Below, piece by piece: positions 1 to 11,100 of a stretch of DNA of 64,000 nucleotides. Location of the stretch: the NCBI RefSeq assembly GCF_009914755.1, contig NC_060931.1. One strand, 5' to 3'. Position 1 is the first letter of the stretch. Each line of letters opens with the position of its first letter. The DNA comes from the human T2T-CHM13v2.0 reference genome, Homo sapiens. The notes beneath the pieces were generated by a model. The model made no database searches, was not told the origin of the DNA, and saw only the letters and a program-made list of their open reading frames with translations. Made by a program: the position numbers and the translations under genes.

Positions 1-1601
1 CTCCAGGGGGCACTAATCACTTTGCCATTTCTGTAAATGGCGCCCCCTGGAGTTGTAAGTCATGGTGGCCCTGCCGGCGCTCAGCAATTGCGCTAGGTCG
101 CGAACCCAGAGACTACAGGTAAGGTCTCTGCATCACCAGCTATGTGACACCTGGGCAAGGCACATCTTCCTGGGCTTCATTTTCCTCATAAATAAAATGT
201 GAGGGTTCAACTAGATTTTCTGAATTAACTTGGAAGTTCTCATTGCCCTCTCCATATCCCGGAAGTTAGGAACCATGAACCTGTGTTCTGTCTCAGTGTC
301 AATTGTCATCCCCAGGTCGGCCAGCCTCGATAACATACCCAGAATGAGAAGGCACCCTCGGCTGACATAACACCACTAGTCGGAGTGGATGTGGACTTAC
401 ACATGAAGGGGGAAGGATTAAGGAAAGGGAAAGCCTCCAGCGGGCACAATGGATGAAACAGCAAGCGCACAGAATGGGCCAATGCCTTATTCTTCTTGTA
501 TTCATCCTTCTCTGTGGCTTCAGAGCCTTTTTTCTGACACACATGCACACAGCACCTCCAGTGCTTGCCGTCTCTCCCCCTCATGAGAGAAACAAAATGA
601 AATGCAAACATGCTTTGAAAGAGCACAGTCTTGTCCTGTCCCTCTGCATCCCCTCTCCTCATTTCTAATGAAAAAAATAGTCTTCCCTTTCCCTGGTTCC
701 TTCAACAGTCTCTTCCTTAGGTTATTTTTTTCCTCTCTCCTTTCCTACTCCATCCAGACTTCCCCCTGCCTAATCTTAAAGAGATGAATTGGAAGAATAT
801 GCAGTCGTGTCAGAAGGATGCCATTGTCAGTTCACACAGGCAGACACTAATAGGATAAAGTATTATCTGACTTCCTTTAAGTCCAGAAATTAAGTCTTCT
901 TGCAATGGCAATAGATTATAACTTATAACCACTGTGGCTGGCAGGCTGCAGAAACAGGCTGTTAGTATCTGAGGCCTCAGCTCCATTTCTGGGCCTATTG
1001 TGAGGGATGCACTCAGCATTCCTCCAAACACAGCTGCATGATCCAGGGAACTGGCACTTGGCTCCTGGATGGAACTGCCTCTGTGGAGAGCTGCCTATAA
1101 CTCATTCAGTTCACCTGCCGTGGGAGAAGCTGTCTGAATGGTCTTAATGAACCTGGATGAGTGGGCAGGTAAAGGGAGGAAGCCAGGGTCTTGAAGACTG
1201 GGAAGAAGTAGCCCGAGGCAAGGAAACCAAACTTTGCACAGGGAACACTTAGTGTGTGAAAGCTCTTCTCAGTCATCCTTGCTGACTCATTGAGCAGGTA
1301 GTAACTTATCTAGTGACTAAATCAGCACCAGCTTAGAGACACAGGGAAATGAGGGTTGAGACCTTAAAGGAACTGTAAAAGAGACTACAAATTAAGGAGT
1401 TGCCCTGGAGAGGAAATATCATGAGAAATGTTAGGAAGAAAGAGCCATCATTCTTCAAAATGGAGGGCCTCATGCAGGATTTCCTAGGTCCTGTTATGGC
1501 AGATGAGTGTACTCAAATGGGGAATATGGGACAGGAAACCTGATACAATAATTAATTGAAGGGTATTTTTTTATTAGTGGGGCTATAAGAAGGTAGGTGG
1601 G

Positions 1602-1905
1602 GGCTGGGTACAGTGGCTGACGCCTGTAATCCCAGCACTTTGTGAGCCCAAGGTGGGCGGATTGCCTGAGGTCGGGAGTTTCAGACCAGCCTGGCCAGCA
1701 TGGTGAAACCCCGTCTCTACTAAAAATACAAAAATTAGCCAGGCGTGGTGGTGCGCACCTGTAATCCCAGCAACTCGGGAAGCTGACGCCAGGAGAATCG
1801 CTTGAACCCGGGAGGCGGAGGTTGCAGTGAGCCGAGATCACACCACTGCACTCCAGCCTGGGCAACAGAGCAAGACTCTCTCTCAAAAAAAAAAAAAAAA
1901 AAAAA
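1602..1905 (+). mobile_element. Full-length AluS (Sx-like) with poly(A) tail and TSD
   Basis: Dimeric Alu consensus with the A-rich linker. TSD aagaaggtagg(t/a)ggg at 1587-1601 and 1906-1920. Confidence 0.95.
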
Positions 1906-3569
1906 AAGAAGGTAGGAGGGTATGAAAGAAACAAGTAGATCAAGTACTGTTTCTTTGGCATCCTATAATTGATTTAAACTGTAGTAATTACTCTAGTAAT
2001 GTTCCTGAGTGTACAGAATGAACAAACCTGAAAGCCTAAGTACTATCTTGGTCCGTCTAGCTCCCACACCTAGCTTGAGAGTAGCCTCTCATATCAATGC
2101 TTCCCTGCTATCCTTTCAAAACTCTTTTTGATGGGATAAGTGGGCAAAGATCATGCCATCGTCTCAAATGCTAACTTCCTTTGACAAGACAGTTTCTCCC
2201 AGGGATATCCCCCACAGGCCTAGGCCAAATCTCTGACTCACTGCAAAGGTCCATGTACACTGAACTGATAGACATCACTATTTTTATTGGAAAACACAAT
2301 TTATATAACACTCTTCCTCTGGAATAATACTCTTTTTGTGGACAAATACCGAGTTGCTCCCTCTCTTCTCCCCAGCACACCCCACCCCCCTCCCCATGAC
2401 TGTGTTAATAGAAATGAGGAAATGGGTTTAGAGCAGATCCCTGAGTGAGCCTGTCAGGGTCAGGATTAAATTACATCCCTGAAGGCTGGGTTGCTTCCCC
2501 AAGCAGTGGACAGCCTCCAGGATAGGGAACAGGACTGTTGTGGGTAGGTGGTTTGGCCCAAGTACTGACAGCAAAGCTGGCGTGTACCAGAGGATAAAAC
2601 CTGTGATCATCCTAAAATCTAATTCTAGCCTCTCATTAGGAAATCAAAATGCATTCTTTCTTCGCCTCTCTTGGAAAGTTGATCTCCCTGCTTTTCTTCT
2701 CCTCTGTTTCATGCCATGAATTTCGCACTAACAGTCCTCCCCCATCCAGGGTCCAGCCAGCCTCTTGCTTGCTAAGGCAGAGGAATCTCCCTGGCTTTCC
2801 TCCTTGACTGCATTGCAGCCCCTTAGCCTGTGTATCTGCCATAGAGCTCCATTCTTCTCTCATTTGCTCCAATTATGGTGCTTTTTGTCTGCCTTTCTTT
2901 TCTCCTAGCTCTGCAATACTGCTCGGAAGCCCCACCGGCCCTTTCAGTGCTACCTTCTTCCTCCTAGTGCCTCCCCACTCCCCACTCCCAGTCCTGGTAA
3001 CACTTAATGGTCAGGGAGGATTTCATCACTGACCTGAGTAATAAGGCTATGACTGCTCTGTGCCAGAGAAACATGGGTAGGGGAGAAGACATTAGGAAGT
3101 TTACCTTCTTGGTAAAGGACCTAGGCTTCCCAAGGTCCCAGCCCTCAGCTTATGCATGACTATCAGCACCTTTACTTTCTTCTGGCTCACCACAAGGAAA
3201 GGTAATCTATTCCTGGACTAAATCAGTGCCTTGGGACAGCTATAGTGCTGGTGTAGGGATCAGAGCACAAGGCAAGGTTTTCCTGGGAGGATAAGTATAA
3301 CCATGTTTTTCACAGTGATCGGGCTTATAGATACTATTGTCTCTGACTTCTAGATCATCATCCTTCTTCTCTGGAGTAGCACAATAGGCATGTCTCTCTT
3401 TGGACATATACAATGTTCAAGAATAGGGGTGGTGATGGGGGCTTCTCTGTTGATCTGTGTGTTTGTGTGTATTGTCAAATAACTGTTATCTAGCATTTGC
3501 TATATGGTGTGGAGCACTAAGTGTGAGATCTATGTCACACACATACATATATAATTATATATGTAAAAT

Positions 3570-3745
3570 TTCAATTCTCACAATCTGTGAAGTACTGAGG
3601 TAGATAGTAATATTGTCTGTATTTTTTAGGTGAAGAAACTGAGTCTTTTTCCAAAGTCACACAGCTAGTAAGTGATGGGAACTAGGATTCAACACAGGAA
3701 GACTGGCTACAGAGTCTGTGCTTGTAAGCACTATGCTATATTGCT
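3570..3745 (-). mobile_element. MIR
   Basis: gaagaaactgag...ccaaagtcacacagctagtaagtg...ggattcaa core. Confidence 0.8.
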
Positions 3746-3763
3746 GTGTGTGTGTGTGTGTGT
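3745..3763. repeat. (TG)n microsatellite
   Basis: About 9 TG units. Confidence 0.9.
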
Positions 3764-4954
3764 ATTTCACTGATCTAGTTGCTGAAGCCCTTATCACTGC
3801 TCCAAGAAGTAATTTACTTCATTTTAATTTAAAGCAAAGATGAAAACAACTTATCCTACTGTCCAAAACATTCTTCCCCTTGCATAGGAGAGGGGTGCTT
3901 CCTGAAAGGAGTGAGACCAAGAGAGTTGCTCTGAGCCAAAAGCTGCCTTGCAGTTTAGCTGAGGCAGGATTTAGAAATGGCGTGAACAGTGCCTGCATTA
4001 GCCGATGGCATGGAGTGCTGAGTGCCAGCAGAGGAGATAAAATCAGACATATGTTTGGATATAAATGTTCCTCTCTCTCTTCTAATTTTAAGCCCCTGCT
4101 GCTTTGTTGCAGTGAAATGATGGAGCCTTAATTATAGGCCCTGGCCCCCTGAGGTAGAAGCCTGGGTTGAGTAAGGCCCACTTAGCCCTCTCCCAGTCTC
4201 TACCCATTACCACGGAAGGAAGCCAGAGACCATGGACTCTGACCCTCTTCTCAGACAACAATAGGAATTGTCTTGCAGGGACTCTCTGCTGGTTGTTCCA
4301 CGGCACTCAGCAAGTTGCTGGCCTCAATACATGTTAAATAGCCATGATAAAGCTAATGTCTCTAGGCCTTAGAAACTAGCCTATCTACCTTTACCTCCAT
4401 TGACGATAGGATGCAGCTGAAGGGTGTTAAAAAGTCCTGGAGCACATTGTAGAAGTGGCAGCTACAGCATGGCACTTAAAGAGTTAGAGCTGGGGTAGAT
4501 ACAGTGGAGAAGAGGAGCAAAAGACCCTCCCAGTATTCTCATTGTTGAGCCGGGTAAGCAAAAACCACTCCATTATGGGGAACCTCTGTGGTCCAGTAGG
4601 TGTTTTAAGACCTCCTCCACACTGCAGAGTTTCCAAGGCTGGGAGGAGGCCAAGCCACCTTTTCTAACTATAAAACACCAAGTCTTACCTACTTCACTCC
4701 TTCCCCTTAGCTGTCACCCTCTGTGGGATCCTGCAGTTTCTGTCTGCCATTGGGCCTAAGAATCAGGAAATGGTTATGTAGAGTCCTGATAGTCTAACCC
4801 CTTAGCACATGTGGAGCCCCTGTAGTCAGGCCTTAGAGGGCAGTATAGCCAGTTCTAAAGAGAGTGAACAGCTCTAAGGGATAAGAGAACACAGACGTAT
4901 CTTAGGAAGGTCTCATTTTAACTGTTTTGCTAGTTAAGTATGTTCTTGATAGCC

Positions 4955-5140
4955 AATAGCAGCCTGGGTGAGAAAGCACATTGACTCAGGAGTCAAAAGA
5001 CCTGGGCTTTTAGTCCCACCTCCTCCACTAGCAGTGTGACCTTGGATATGTCTTTTAATTTCTCTGGGGCTCAGTTTCTTTGACTGTAAAATGTGAAGGG
5101 ATTAGACTAAATGATTTTTCACGGCCTTCAGTTCTGTAAT
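4955..5140 (+). mobile_element. MIR
   Basis: gtgtgaccttgga...ctcagtttct...ctgtaaaatg core. Confidence 0.75.
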
Positions 5141-6767
5141 GAAAATTCTCTAACTCCGTATCATCAGCAAGAGTCTTTACATCCAACGTGTTGCTATAAC
5201 TACCCCCTAAAGAGCTACCAACCCGTGTTCCATTCCTAGGTAACAAACCTTGGCCTGGCCAAGGATGAGTCACAGCATTCACGGCTGCATTTTTGGTACT
5301 CACGGGATGCCTCTCTGAAAAGCTGTCCCAAGTGCCTGCTACAGAGGAGGATATACCATGATAGCAAAGGAAGGTTACTGCTGTAAAAGTGGAAACTGCA
5401 TGGATCAAAGGGCAGGCCTACTGGGGTAAGGAACTCTCCCTGCAGCTCTGAGGATACTTAAATCTAGGATCCTAGTCTTAGTCTCCCCCAACTCCTTTGA
5501 GGTTCCTTTCAAAAGTCCTTCTCCCACAGATTGAAGCTGAATATAGTCTTCCTTGGGACAAATGCATTTGTCCATAGGACTCTTTCCCGAGATTGTTTTA
5601 GGCCCATTTCTGTACCTCTCCCCTCAGACTGTTAGCCACAGACCCTTAGTCATTGCAAAGTTACTGCATAATTCCCTGTCTGCTCAAATAGCTGTCAAAA
5701 AAAAAAAAAGAAGGGTGTTAGGAAATTGGCTCCTCATCCTCTATTTCTGAAACAGCAACTTCCTCCGCAATTTCCTCTGAATGCATACCCAGGAAGCTGT
5801 TTTAAACAGCCTGAGTTGTGTCTTGTGGCACTAGGAAAGGGAGTAATTTCTTGCTTTTTCACCTGGTCCTAGCCAAGTCCCACCCTTTGCTCTCCTGCAG
5901 TTTTCTTTCTTTTTATTGGGGGTATGGTGATAAAGGAGAGGCAGGAGGAACGGATCTTTGGTGCCTAGAACTGTGAGTGGTAGTTTATAAGTGTGTGCCC
6001 ATACATATGTGCTGGCACACTGATACCCAGAAATGATGTATATACCCAGGAGGATTAAGAATTGGCCCTTTCTTAGCCAACTGCTGCAAAGTGCTGCCTG
6101 CCTCTCTTTCCCTCCTTAGTGCCAAAGAGTTCACACCCACTCAGTCCCAATTCCCTGCATTAGTATAAATACTAGCACTGAAGAAATGCAGGGTCCTGAT
6201 TCACGCAGCCTCTCTGGACATTATTACTTGGTAAGCATCAGGAGACAGACACCTACCACCAAAACATGTTTAGATTATTTAGCACCCAGAGAACAGAAGC
6301 AACACTGCCTGTGGGAAATTTAAGCCAAACTACATTATTGCAGGCCTCTGAAATCCAGGTCCCCCAGGTTCCTCGGGTAGAGCTGGTGCTGCCTGACCAG
6401 CAGCTTCTGCTGAGGTGGCATTTAACTTTTGGCCAGGTCCCAGGAGCTGAGGCTGACCCATTTCCCCTGCTTTTCCAGGGCATAGGGAATTTGATTATAC
6501 CCCCAACAAAGCCAGGGACTAACACAGTTAGCTTGTAGAAGGTGCACTAGAATCGGGGTGCTTTTATTTAAGCTAAGGAAAGGTTGACAGCTTTAGCATT
6601 TTCCCATACTTGAAAATAATTTAACATTTGTCTTTCCCCCATCATACCTGTACCCTCCCCTCCCCGCTTTTTTATTAAATAGAAATGATTGGCTCATAAG
6701 AATCTATAGGTTCAGGGTCTTACTCAATTTAACCCTTTGGGGACATTGAATTAAAAATTCAACAATA

Positions 6768-6773
6768 TTTATT
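6768..6773 (-). terminator. LRRC4: Main LRRC4 polyadenylation signal AATAAA
   Basis: + strand tttatt at the end of the AU-rich 3'UTR. Further AATAAA copies lie at 6671-6676 and 6563-6568. Confidence 0.75.
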
Positions 6774-8358
6774 AAAATACAAAAATACACTTTTCTCACA
6801 TTACAATCAGTGTTCTTTTGTTGGCAATTCCCCTCCCCCACCCATACCACCCCCTTTCAAATCTGAACCCCTTATTTCCTTTTAAAGCTAAAATAATAAC
6901 TGAAAGAAGTTACATCATTAGATGGACCAGAATAACAGAGATCTCTGCCTTCCCCACCCACGCCCACCCTTTCTCTTCCACCTTCTCCTGAGGGGGCCTG
7001 GGAGAGGGAAGCTTCCCATCAGTGTGCTCCATTCAACAGTACCCCATGTGGAACTCCATGTGTGCATGCGTGTCACTTGTAACTGTGGATCTCACAGCTT
7101 TTTTGTGAACCATCCTGGTTGGGAAAGGCTTCATTACTTTACATGAGCCTGTACCCTTTTCGTCTCTCCCTTTTCTTTGCTACTCATGTTCTGCCCCCAC
7201 CCCATCACCACAACCAGTTGACATCCGCTGTAATAATCCCTAATGAATCAGCATTTAGAAGAGTCACCAAATCACAAGCATGAGAAAAGCTTCCACTCCC
7301 AAGCTCCCCAATTCAGGCTTCTCCTCCCTCTCCACCTTAAAACAAACAAAATCTTTTTTAAAAATCATAAAATGCCATCATTGTCTACAATCATGTGTCA
7401 GAGTCCAGGAACAACAGGTGGACATGGCACAATGCTAATTTATGGCCTCCTGTGAATACATTCTCTCTGCTTTACCCTCCCTTCCCACCCCCCTGCTGCC
7501 GCACCCCTTCAGGGGCCTCCTCCTCCTGGGAAACCCTGAATAGACACATGCCTTGCAGAGTGGGTTAAGCCCAACTGCAGGAATCTGGTGCAATGTGAAA
7601 GCATTAGACTGAGAGCTACGCCAGCTCCCGTCCTTCTCTGCTCCTTTCTAAGCAATTCTGTCAGGCAAGGCACATGTGTGTCCAGTGCACAGACCCCCAA
7701 GACTTGTGCACATGGACAAAGACTCAGCCCCTTTAAGGGTTCGTTTGAATTTTGGTGGTTTTCCTGCTTAAAATACATGTACAGGTCTATCTTCCCCTTA
7801 GCCTCTGAAGAAAAATATTATTGCCACTATCATTTTGGCACAGTACAAATTCATGGTGCTTTTTTTTTGTATTTTTTTTTAATAAGATAATTCTGCAAAG
7901 ACAGCTCTCGGCTTAAGAAAGATGTCTGTAGAAATGGATAGTCCTGTGTCCTATGAAGCATCTTCTAAAAAATGACAGATTCAGTCTATCCCTCTTGCCC
8001 CCTCAGCAGCCCACACCCTACCTCTTTAAGGATGTTTGTTGTTTTAGTTTATTTTATCTCAGCAATTTCAACCTTATACCAGAAATCCCTTCTGGCAGCA
8101 TAGCAAGTTAACTTGTGGCTTGTACCCCACAACGTTCCCAAGATTCCCCCCCACCCCCTTTAAATAGAACTTACAAGTTAGAAAATATTTTTGTTTTGAC
8201 TTTTTGTCTTTAAATTTTAATATAATCTGTTTTTTTTAACCAGCCCATAGACTTAATATATAAGCATATACAAGAAAAAGTCTCTCCCCACTCTGTACAA
8301 AAGTTGCTGTCTTTGTGTGCATTCTATTGCATTTTATAAGTTTTTTGGGGGAGGGGAG

Positions 8359-10320
8359 TCATATTTGAGTTTCCTGTACCTTGTCCTTGGTATGGGTCTG
8401 AATTATATAAGGTTCAGAGATAGTGGTGACTGTGGGGTGCAGAGAGTTCCCCAGGCTGTTTTCTGTCCAGTGGGCCCCATGTGCTGGTTTGTAGGTGTTG
8501 TAGTTAATATGGTCATGAATTGTGGGCAGCACTACTGCCCCCTCACCTGATACACCGGACGGAGCTGCTGTTGCTGCTGCGGATGTTGCTGCTGGGATGT
8601 CTTCGTCCACCTGGATTATCTCAACAGTCCGGGCGGCTGTGACTGTACTCCGCTGCTGGTGCCGCTTACGAAGTTTATAGAAGACAATCAACATGGCGGC
8701 AGCTAGCAGAGTCACTGCCACAAAGCAGCCAATGATGATCTTGGTGGTCTTCATGACTTCATCCAGGCTGGTCTGCATCTTGTCAGTGGTGTCTGTCGCG
8801 GGTACTGCCACCTGCTTGGGCACACGGGTAGTCTGAATGAGCACCGTGGTAGAGGTGGTATATGCCGGCTGGTAACCAGTGGACGTGGTAGGAACAGGCT
8901 TGTACTTTCGCGTTGTGTCCTCAGGCGAGATCTCCGTGGTCTCCACTGTTACTGTGGTGAAGAAGCTGTAGTTGGAGGTGTTAAGCTCAGCCGTGCTCAC
9001 ATTGAGGTAGGCCGAGGCGTTGGAGTTGCCTGCAACATTGGTCACCATGCATGTGTACACCCCAGTGTCTGAAAGCAGCACGTGGGAAAAGTTCAAGGTG
9101 CCGTCGTTGAGGACAGAGATCCTTGGGTGGCGGGAGGCGTGGCTGAGCACTGTCCCATTGGGCAGCAACCACTTCACGGAGGACATAGGGGGAGTCCGAC
9201 ACTTAAGTTCTGCCATCCGACCCTCAGAAATGTTGAGGTCTCGAGGTGCGTCCATGATGAAGGGGGCAGAGCACTGGAAGGAGGCCTGGTCCACCTCCAC
9301 GAGGTAGCGGCCTCGCATGTGCATGGGAGCATGACAGCGGCCACAGCAGGTGGAATTGGTGGGTATATACTCTCGAAGCCACCAGGCTAGCCACAGAATG
9401 TCACAATCACAGTTCCAAGGGTTGTGGTGTAGATGCAACTCCACCAGGTACCTCAGCGGGGTAAAGAGGTCATGGGGCAAAGAAGAGAGGTTATTGTGGG
9501 CCAAGTTGAGTTCCACAAGTGAAGCCAGCCCGTCAAAAGCATTCCGCTCAATCAGGCTGACCTGTGAGTTCATGACCCAGAGCTTCTTGAGGGAGCTCAG
9601 GCCATGGAAGGAGCCAGGCCTGATCTCAGGGAAGTGGTTCCCTGACATCTCCAGCTCCTCCAGCCCCACCAGGGGGGTGAGATTGGGCATGTCTTTAATG
9701 TTGCACATGCCCAAGTTCAGATACTTGAGGTTGAACAGCCCCTCAAAAGCTCCCTCAGAGATATACTCCAGCTTCTTGAGCTCCCCCAAGTCCAGGCGCA
9801 TGAGGGAGGGCACCCGGTTGAAGGCGTAAGAGGGGATGCTTTCGATGGGGTTGTTGCGAAGCCAGAGCTCCCGCAGCTTGGACAGGTATTCAAAGGCCCC
9901 GCTAGGGATGACTGTCAGCCAGTTGTCGAACAGCTCCAGGGTGTTGAGGCTGGCCAGGCCGTTGAAGGCCCCCACCTCAATCTGCCGGATGGAGTTCCTG
10001 CCCAACTGCAGGACCTCCAGGTGGTGGAGGTGGCGGAAGGTGTCGGCCTGGATCATCTGGATGTTGTTCTCCATGAGGTTGAGGTACCGGGTGTTCGAGG
10101 GAATACCCTGCGGGACCTCGGAGAGGCCCCGGCGCGTGCACACCACCTTGCTGAACTGGTTACTGCACGAGCAGACGGAGGGGCAGTTCTGGGGCCCGGC
10201 TGAGGCGGCAGCAGCGATGGCTGCACACAGAATCCACACTTGCGCCGTGAGGTAGACGAACGGGAGCAGGATGGCATTCCAGGTGTGGTGGTGCACAGTT
10301 ACCTGCCACAAGAGCTTCAT
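8359..10320 (-). CDS. LRRC4: Leucine-rich repeat-containing protein 4 (netrin-G ligand 2, NGL-2), 653 aa, single coding exon
   Basis: ORF has a signal peptide, LRRNT (CPSVCSC...VVC), tandem LRRs (LxxLxLxxN), LRRCT (NPWNCDC), an Ig domain (AELKC...DTGVYTC), a Thr-rich stalk, a TM helix ([20 protein letters not shown]) and a C-terminal class I PDZ ligand (ETQI). Start context ACC-ATG. Confidence 0.99.
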   Translation of the reverse strand: MKLLWQVTVHHHTWNAILLPFVYLTAQVWILCAAIAAAASAGPQNCPSVCSCSNQFSKVVCTRRGLSEVPQGIPSNTRYLNLMENNIQMIQADTFRHLHHLEVLQLGRNSIRQIEVGAFNGLASLNTLELFDNWLTVIPSGAFEYLSKLRELWLRNNPIESIPSYAFNRVPSLMRLDLGELKKLEYISEGAFEGLFNLKYLNLGMCNIKDMPNLTPLVGLEELEMSGNHFPEIRPGSFHGLSSLKKLWVMNSQVSLIERNAFDGLASLVELNLAHNNLSSLPHDLFTPLRYLVELHLHHNPWNCDCDILWLAWWLREYIPTNSTCCGRCHAPMHMRGRYLVEVDQASFQCSAPFIMDAPRDLNISEGRMAELKCRTPPMSSVKWLLPNGTVLSHASRHPRISVLNDGTLNFSHVLLSDTGVYTCMVTNVAGNSNASAYLNVSTAELNTSNYSFFTTVTVETTEISPEDTTRKYKPVPTTSTGYQPAYTTSTTVLIQTTRVPKQVAVPATDTTDKMQTSLDEVMKTTKIIIGCFVAVTLLAAAMLIVFYKLRKRHQQRSTVTAARTVEIIQVDEDIPAATSAAATAAPSGVSGEGAVVLPTIHDHINYNTYKPAHGAHWTENSLGNSLHPTVTTISEPYIIQTHTKDKVQETQI

Positions 10321-10420
10321 GGTGTGGCACGTTCATAATTCACCATCGCCTGGGATTTTGGCTCGGAAAGGAGAACCAGCCCTACCCCGGCTTAAGTGAG
10401 CTAGGAGCTCCTCTTTCCAT

Positions 10421-10592
10421 CTGGAGAAGGAGGTGGGGAGGGGGCGATTAGAGAGACGGAGCGGATCGGCCGAAAAAAATCCTGCCAAACTCGAGCGGCC
10501 CCTGGTCTCCCAACCCACCCTCAAGGCAAGCCCTCCGAAAGCTACGACTCTCCCACACTGCAACCGTCCCCACCCAGTTCGCCGTCACCTAC
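10421..10592 (-). other. LRRC4: LRRC4 5'UTR intron (172 nt)
   Basis: Strong minus-strand donor GAG|GTAGGT at 10593/10592 paired with the acceptor at 10421/10420. Confidence 0.8.
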
Positions 10593-11100
10593 CTCGGAAG
10601 GAAGGCAGGAAAGCACTGGCGTGGTGTCCTTAAGCTTTCTCCACGGGAGCTGGGCACCTCGTTCCCATTCCGACTTCTTAGTTTTAATTAACAAAAGGGG
10701 GAAGTGGTGGGGGCGGGGAGGGCAGAGGGGAGGGGAGGGGAGGGGAGGGAAGGGGTGGGGGAGACAAAATGGCCTCTAGTAAATCCGGAGCCGGAGCCGG
10801 CGAAGCCGCGGAGTTGAGGCGCGCCTGGGAGAGCCAAGGCCCGGCGGGCTATGCAGGTGCATGCCCCCCCCTCCGCCCAAGGAGCGGCGCCACCAGCGCT
10901 TCCCGGCTTTGTCCTTGGACCCTGGCACCGGCTCGCTCCAGCCGCGGGGGAAGGCGCTTCATCGCCAAAGTGCGCTCCGGCGGCCCCGGCCCGCTCTGCG
11001 GGCCGCCGCCGGAGGGAGTGCGGGGGCGCCCCGAAGCCGCCCAGGCCGCACTCGCTGGATGCTGCGCTCCCTCTCCCGGCGTCGGCCGCTCCGGGCCGGC
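10593..11100 (-). other. LRRC4: LRRC4 non-coding first exon (3' boundary supported; TSS boundary only approximate)
   Basis: Ends at the GAG|GTAGGT donor and extends toward the CpG island. The TSS cannot be fixed from sequence alone. Confidence 0.55.
10698..10761 (+). repeat. G-rich (GGGGA)n tract, predicted G-quadruplex
   Basis: At least 10 G-runs of 3 or more with short loops. Confidence 0.85.

Larger units (their letters stand above)
6751..10420 (-). other. LRRC4: LRRC4 last exon (100-nt 5'UTR part + CDS + ~1.6-kb 3'UTR)
   Basis: Minus-strand acceptor CTCTCTAATCGCCCCCTCCCCACCTCCTTCTCCAG| with CTAAT branch motif and pyrimidine tract (AG = + strand 10421-10422). The 3' end is placed ~17 nt past AATAAA (+ strand tttatt 6768-6773) and is approximate. 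Confidence 0.85.

Noticed and set aside
1494-1961. 155-aa ORF, and similar ones at 25971, 27492, 27556, 60593 and 60681
   Set aside because: Typical Alu-derived translations (e.g. [23 protein letters not shown]).
5901-5972. Possible 72-nt poison exon for SND1 (ctcctgcag| ... act|gtgagt, in-frame TGA)
   Set aside because: Pseudo-exons of this quality are abundant in long introns; no independent support.
8987-10277. Multiple 60-159 aa ORFs antisense to or in alternative frames of LRRC4
   Set aside because: Shadow ORFs caused by codon bias of the real CDS.
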